In this document: piece after piece, positions 62,031 to 64,000 of the stretch
Position numbering within the stretch: the first letter of the stretch is position 1
How the letters are laid out: the number at the start of each line of letters is the position of its first letter
Origin: Octopus sinensis
Lineage: Eukaryota
DNA: 64,000 nucleotides
Direction of reading: 5' to 3'
Assembly: GCF_006345805.1 (NCBI RefSeq)
Contig: NW_021832126.1
Span: forward strand, 124,001 to 188,000
Position numbers and translations under genes: made by a program
The notes under the pieces: generated by a model
What the model was told of the DNA's origin: nothing
Seen by the model: only the letters and a program-made list of their open reading frames with translations
The model's database searches: none

Positions 62031-63882
62031 TATTATTTTATATTATTTTTTTAATAAAATGTTTGATATTTTAAATGTTTCTTGTTGGATATTTGTTGAT
62101 ATTTTTTCTTACGTAAAAAATTAAACTATGTTTTTTGAGCTTAAAATATTCAGATAGTTTGTTAATTTATTTTTCTACGTAAATACTGTCCTGGGAATTT
62201 GGTCGGCCGGTTTACGTCACTGGTGCTGAGACATTCTTTTTCACCAAATTAAAATTATTATGGAATAATTAATCCTTTAAATATTATTTTGAATTTATTT
62301 TAATAAGATTCAATGTTTTGTTACTAGTGCCTGATGGCATGTTCCTGAAGGAATAGTATTGAAGGTAACCTATGCTATTTAGGTGACGGAGTAATTAGAG
62401 AACTATTTTGAGAACGCTTGAATTACTTGTGTTGAATTTTGACAGTAAAACTTGGAATACTTCCCTATTAAGGATTTTCGCTGTCTCAAACATACCATCG
62501 GCATACACCACGAAATTTGAGCACAATATTAAATTACTAAATTTGAACGGAAAGATGTCTGATGAATTTAGAAACGATATTCAATAAAACATGTCAAATA
62601 CAAAGTGTCGGCCAAGAAATCCGAGTTGCTTTCGGAAACACCCTACGTGGTCCTTTTAAAAAGAATTTGGATTTGATATCCATCGGATATTGCACTAAAT
62701 AACTCAAGTTAAAATAGTTTCTTTCTAATCTAAAAAATCCAGTCCAGATCTGCGAAACGCCAGGGCGCCGAAGTCAATGCCTAAAATACCAAAAAATATT
62801 TTTTCAGAAAACTCTTCATTGAAAGAAATTATTAATAATACAAAAATAAAACTTATTATATAGTTTTATTTTACTTATTTCTAATGGAATTAACACGTGA
62901 AACAATTGAAAAAAATTAAGATTTTTACTGAATCCAAACCAATCGACGAATTCATTGACTGGAGGGAAAAGTCAAAAATCAAACGTATGCCGAAATTTTT
63001 AGTTTCAAAAAATCCGCAGCCTACATTACTAAAAATGGTCGAGAGTTGCGATTCTTTTGTATTGAGGAAACTGAATTTAAGCTAAAATACATTGAAGTTT
63101 GATATTTGCTGATTTAAATTAGGCTCAACACAATTTAAATCACTTTGGACGTGACAAATTATAAAGTTTATTGATACTTACGATTTATGGTACAAGACGT
63201 AGTGAAGTTGCCACTGTAGCATCTAAATGCGTTTATTGTCAGGTTAATTATTATTTTTAACAAGTTTGGTATTAAAAATGCTTGCGACTAAACCTGTAAT
63301 TAAGCTTATCATGCCCTGGCGTCTTACACGTTTGGACTGTGATATTTAATATTATTTTCGAAGACAAAATCACTTAAAGCAAATTGAAGTAGAGAAATTT
63401 CACAGATACGACCTGTCTGCAAACAAACAGTCGGTTCTTTATATAGCAAAAGTAAAGATTATTCGGGTAGTCTTTACATGAAATAGAGCTGTCTCAAATT
63501 TCTTTAAAAGTCATTTAATTTACCAGCGCTTTTTTAAATAGTTAATGTTTTCCTCATTAGTTTCTGACATTTCAAATATCTTCTTAAAAAGATTCCCAAG
63601 ATTATCTGTTACATTTATAACCGGGAAGTATTTTGCTGCTGAAAAGTGATAATAAATTCAGTGTAGTTTTGTAATATGCAAGTTAAAAATGTATTTTTAA
63701 TAAATGTATTAATGATTTTTGTTACTAGAATTATAATTTCTTGAAAATATAAGAGAAAAACTGGAATAAACTGAAACAAACCCAATGAAAAGCATATCGA
63801 CTAAATAGGGAATCTTTATTCAAAACATTTTTATGTCCAGCATGACCAGCCACGAGGAAGCAGTCAATGTATTAAATCCGAC

Positions 63883-64000
63883 ATTTATTTATTTATTTAA
63901 CCGCCAAGACCACGGTAAAAATCAAACAAGCGTCACGTGATCCCGATGCACTCGACCAGGGACCTTATCTTCACTCGGTGATCTTTTCACGAGCCCACAC
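63883..64000 (-). mobile_element. 3' end of a non-LTR element with a (TAAA)n tail, running out of the window
   Basis: The minus strand reads ..ECIGIT*, a short UTR and TAAATAAATAAATAAA. The C-terminus resembles family Y (EAGIT*). Confidence 0.5.

Noticed and set aside
1-64000. Ciliate or microsporidian origin
   Set aside because: TAA, TAG and TGA all act as stops, unlike the Paramecium-type code. Dense introns, MRPL1, KLF and TTC23-like genes are incompatible with microsporidia.

Overview
AT-rich eukaryotic nuclear DNA using the standard genetic code. Metazoan-type genes are split by tiny GT-AG introns (about 21-34 nt). This fits a dicyemid mesozoan, which is an inference and not a demonstrated identity. 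Recognisable genes are MOB4, a KLF factor, MRPL1, PFDN1, SMARCD, SGPL1, TTC23-like, UBE2K, a ZIFL-like MFS transporter and a TFIIIA-like zinc-finger gene. Damaged copies of a PIP kinase, a proteasome beta subunit and IGHMBP2 are also present. A large share of the window is nested mobile DNA: five hAT elements with 8-bp NNNTANNN TSDs, three Ginger-like integrase transposons (TGT..ACA ends, 5-bp TSD), two Tc1, two pogo/Tigger, one Merlin fragment, many CRE-type RLE non-LTR fragments and APE-LINE remnants. Main unusual observations: (1) short or chimeric insertions from unrelated templates, flanked by 12-14 bp duplications; (2) host-style tiny introns inside DNA transposases of three superfamilies; (3) TEs landing inside ~25-nt introns; (4) a probable GT-TG intron in MOB4; (5) RT-deleted CRE derivatives, one with a PHD-like finger; (6) an eh1-like plus SID-like motif pair in the KLF. 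All protein identifications come from recalled motifs, not database searches. No rRNA, tRNA or CRISPR is supported. Gene boundaries are approximate unless stated.
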